Positions 62,094 to 64,000 of a stretch of DNA of 64,000 nucleotides are shown here, piece after piece. Below the pieces are notes generated by a model, which saw nothing but the letters and a program-made list of their open reading frames with translations, did no database searches and had not been told where the DNA came from. The stretch is from Hydrolagus colliei (taxonomy: Eukaryota), in the NCBI GenBank assembly GCA_035084275.1, contig CM068749.1, positions 15,996,001 to 16,060,000 of the forward strand, read 5' to 3'. Position 1 is the first letter of the stretch, and each line of letters opens with the position of its first letter. The position numbers and the translations under genes are program-made.

Positions 62094-62150
62094 CTTTGGG
62101 ATGTCCTCCTGACATGAAAGGCACTATACCAATGTTATTTTGTTGTTGTT
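62094..62150 (+). mobile_element. L2-type 3' tail only
   Basis: ctttgggatgtcctcctgacatgaaaggcactatacc…ttttgttgttgtt. Confidence 0.8.
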
Positions 62151-64000
62151 TATCCATGGCATCATTTTAACTGTCCGTGGTGACTCTTCTGTTGCTACAT
62201 GTGCAGAAGGTGGTTTTTGCTGGAGATGTGACTGATAGTGTTTCAAATCCTTCGACACCCAATTCTGAGTGCTCCTCAGAACTGAGCTGAAAGGATAGCC
62301 TAACAGACATTAACATCAAACAAAATATTCTCGGCATCCGAGAGGCTGTGGAAAGTTGCACATTAGCCTACCGTTGCTTTGTTTTGGAAGTCTAATGGTT
62401 GCTGTGTTGTCACTGATAAGATCTGGTCTACTTGGAGGCGGTTTTGTGGCGGAAGGGTGTTGATACTCTGCCAGTGTTCAAGAGGTCTGAGAATGATCTT
62501 GGGTCTTGTGGCAGCTTGCCCTTTGGCCTTCGAGCAGACCCTACAGAGGAGAAACTTAACAATAGTACAAATTGCAGATGATGCATTAGTTGCCATTCTG
62601 TGAGAGTAATTGTTTTGTTTCATTGTGAAGATGTAGAACCTTGCTGTTTTACACGGTGGAGGGAAAAGCTTAAAGGAGAAACATAGACCTTTAATCTTGC
62701 ACAGTAAATGACATGGTAGTGCTCATTTTATTTGTTTGTTTTGAGAAAGAAAGATGAATCAAATTTCTACAAAGTAAAGGGCTCGTTTGAGTACCTGCTC
62801 TCGCCCTCAGTGGGAGTTTTTGTGGTATTGAACGGCTTAAGTATATTCTGCCGGCTGCATAGAGAAAGTAGGTAAAGTTAGGTCCTTTGTGTTTTAATTC
62901 CAAGTTTTTAAAAAAAATTAGCATGTTTGCTTTTATAGCACAGTATAAAGAATTTATATCAGTGTCTACTTAGTTTTGCCAATAGTTGACAGCATATTTA
63001 TAAGCAAAATGCAGTGTAGGGAAATGTGCATCGCACATTGTTTGATGCTGTATAGCTATTAGGTGAAAGGTTCAGAGAGGATTTGTTTTTACCCTTTAGC
63101 ACGTAATGGGATAGTTTAATAGAAATTTTTTTTTTAAAAAAGATTGGAATTAATAGGATTAGCAGTGTATTGTTTGGGCTGGATATCACTGTTCTGCTGC
63201 TGTGGAGTCTGACTCGAAGAGGAAATCTTGCTCAATACTGTAGTTTAGATAACCAGGGGAGGTAGAATGTGAAGTGCAGTAATTGATTTAACTCTTTAAT
63301 TGAACCAGATATGAGAATATTAATGCAGTCCCATTAAACGGGGGCATCGAGGTGGGGGGGGGGGGGGGAGACACTTTTGAGAGGAACAGAACAAGGGTCC
63401 AGGGATTGACGGTGCATTGGTTGGCGATTATGTCAAAGCTTGAAGCAATATGTTTTAAGCGTTAAATATCTGTGGCAGGATTAGTGAACCAAAATAAAAA
63501 TTACATGCAAAGTTGCAAAAAAAATTTCACGATGTATTCAGGGAATACAATGCTGTAATTGCAAAAATGGTTCCATAGATTTCATTAATTCCACTTCATT
63601 AAATAATCAGCATTACCAATTCACCGAAAACTAATTTCTGAAGATGTATGATAGAAAAGTGCATACTTTAAAATTACACAGAAATTCAGTTCTCAAAGGG
63701 GAGCTCATTTGCAAATGTACCTGAAGGTAGATGTTGAAATGCAGCTACACTTTATTATATATAATTACTCATTCCACTTATTAATAATCATTTTAGCTGT
63801 GACTCTATGAAGAAAAATGATTCTTTAACTTCTCTTTGGGTTCTGATACAACAATGTTCCTGTTAAGGAACGACGTTCTGTCTATTATTAATATAACTGT
63901 GCGTCTATGTGATTGTCTTTAATAATCGTTATATATTTAAAAAGTTGCTGATGTGAATTACGCGGAATTGTTGTGTGGTTGGGAAAAGGGAAGAAATAAT

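Overview
This is AT-rich, repeat-dense vertebrate non-coding DNA. No host protein-coding exon can be supported, and the listed ORFs are chance, low-complexity or transposon-derived. The repeats are tRNA-headed SINEs with Deu-type tails ending in (ATT)n, older DeuSINE/SacSINE1-like copies, L2 and CR1 LINE relics and Penelope-type short repeats. This repertoire points to a cartilaginous fish, probably a holocephalan (inference). The window reads as 5' introns of a large + strand gene. There are several candidate short exons and a CpG-enriched promoter/first-exon region at about 47.5-48.6 kb that is split by a 200-N gap. Highlights: (1) two Penelope-type repeats with minimal hammerhead-ribozyme cores, one inside a long inverted repeat (10.8-11.0 kb) and one a 98-bp insertion with an 8-bp TSD inside an L2 tail (52.1 kb); (2) a young 1000-bp non-autonomous hAT element with perfect 16-bp TIRs, an 8-bp TSD, NRF1/YY1-type motifs and a C-rich minisatellite, possibly nested in a TTAA/piggyBac-like relic; (3) many ~60-bp insertions consisting only of the L2 3' stem-loop. 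Family names are recognised by eye and not database-checked, and boundaries of degraded repeats are approximate.
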